NCBI RefSeq assembly: GCF_004010195.1
Contig: NC_057749.1
Span: forward strand, 7,611,936 to 7,675,935
Source of the DNA: Chiloscyllium plagiosum
Lineage: Eukaryota
DNA length: 64,000 nt
Direction of reading: 5' to 3'
The translations under genes and the position numbers were made by a program. Within the stretch, counting starts at the first letter, position 1. Every line of letters starts with the position of its first letter. Below the pieces are notes generated by a model that saw nothing but the letters and a program-made list of their open reading frames with translations, was not told the DNA's origin and did not search any database. Positions 62,715 through 64,000 of the stretch are shown here, in pieces.

Positions 62715-62975
62715 AATCTCCCACCGTACTATTTTGAAGAATAGCAGGGGAGTTACCTACAGTGATTTGTGCCACTTTGTTCTGCAGACAGCAGCATGAA
62801 ACTGGTTGTGAGCTCGGGAGGTGGTTTATGGGATCCTGCTGTGCAGTAACCAGCTGCCATGTTGCCAACATTACAGTTGTGACTGCCCTTCAAAAGACGT
62901 CATTGGCTGCAAAGGACTTTGGGAGGTCCTGTAGATGTGAAAGATGCTATGTAAATGTCAGAGGGTTCCTTTCTT
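62715..62975 (+). mobile_element. Deu-SINE fragment
   Basis: tttgaagaatagcaggggagtt...tgggatcctgctgtgc...cattggctgcaaaggactttgggagg. Confidence 0.72.
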
Positions 62976-64000
62976 CAAGGACTAGTCCTGAGTCCCTTCT
63001 GCACAACTGCAAAGGTGAAGAGGGTGGGAGGAGGGGAGGGGGTTAAGGGGAGAGGTGTGAGACTCCAACAGGAGTTGTTCAGAGCATGTTATCCTCTAAT
63101 CGCTCTGGCTTTTTCTCCTCTGGTCTGTTGCCTCTATAGAAAGGATTCATGATTAAGGGCGAGGGCCAAGTGGGGCGAGAGCGTGATTGTCTAGTTACAG
63201 AGTTTCTACCATCTTGGTTCTTGGAGATGCATAATGTGGGCCAGGTTATCGTTCCCTGCCTACCAAGAGTTTGCATCCTTTCTCCTTTGTGTGTGTATGT
63301 TTGTGTGTGTGTGTCTCCATCCGTCCGTGGGAAGAAGATTGATGCCAGTGTTGACGGGCAGTGGCCCAGTGCCCACTCCTTATCAGCCTGCAATTCTAGC
63401 AATATACCAGCTCAATGCTTGGGCCCCTTTTCTATTGTGCCTTGGCCTCATTAAATTCTGATGTGATATTATGTAAATTAATACATTCCACAATTCCATG
63501 GGACTTGGCCTGTGTTTGAACTTCTTCCTTTGTGGACTCATTTGGAATTGGGGCAGAGAAAATTTGCATGGTCCTTTTTAACCAATATTTATGCTGGCCT
63601 TTTTAGTGCTAGAGCAGTAATTTATTCTGCATTTTTACATATTTCTGGAACGACTATTAATACATTTTCTTTCTAGCCTTAAGGTAAATTTGTTTTCAAA
63701 GTGCCTCAGATACAAGTATTTGCTAGCTGAGTTGACCTAAGATGACAGAATCACATTCTGTCAACAGGGTAGAGACAGACCATTCAGTCCAATTGCACTA
63801 CGCCATTGTTTATTACAGAAGCTTCCTTCTACTCTTCCCCCCTCTAACCTTATCATTTCCTTTTATTGCAGCAAATCTCACTGCAGTCCTACATTAGTAA
63901 TGGTTAGAAGTTTTATCAGTACAATACTAATCAATGCAACTTTATCAAGCCATTTTAAACTGTAACTTTCAATAAAACCAAATGCATGACGCTATCGAAA

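Noticed and set aside
1..64000. An intact autonomous transposon or a novel multi-gene system
   Set aside because: All RT and endonuclease frames are truncated or frameshifted, and no host gene cluster is recognisable

Overview
Eukaryotic, repeat-dense, apparently non-coding (intergenic or large-intron) DNA from an elasmobranch, almost certainly a shark: it carries about 14 HE1 (V-SINE) copies, many CR1/HER1 LINE fragments and Deu-domain SacSINE1-like SINEs. I recognise no host protein-coding gene; the ORF-track entries I can identify are decayed retroelement fragments (CR1 ORF1 esterase, endonuclease and RT; a CR1/L2-group RT; Penelope RT and GIY-YIG; Rex1/Babar C-terminus), and the rest look like chance ORFs. 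The most striking structure is a set of Penelope-like element (PLE) insertions. One forms a ~1-kb fold-back (28302-29282), is bounded by a perfect 14-bp TSD across an assembly gap (29291-30214) and carries an intact minimal hammerhead ribozyme. Several 130-250-bp PLE-derived mini-elements and hairpins have ends or inversion points at or next to the hammerhead core. Also present: three-level nested insertions, several SINE/LINE tail partnerships, a solo LTR inside a Tigger-like MITE, a strong CTCF-like motif, motif-rich repeat-free islands and a few weak candidate exons. Family names come from my recall of consensus sequences, not from database searches; boundaries of old repeats are approximate.
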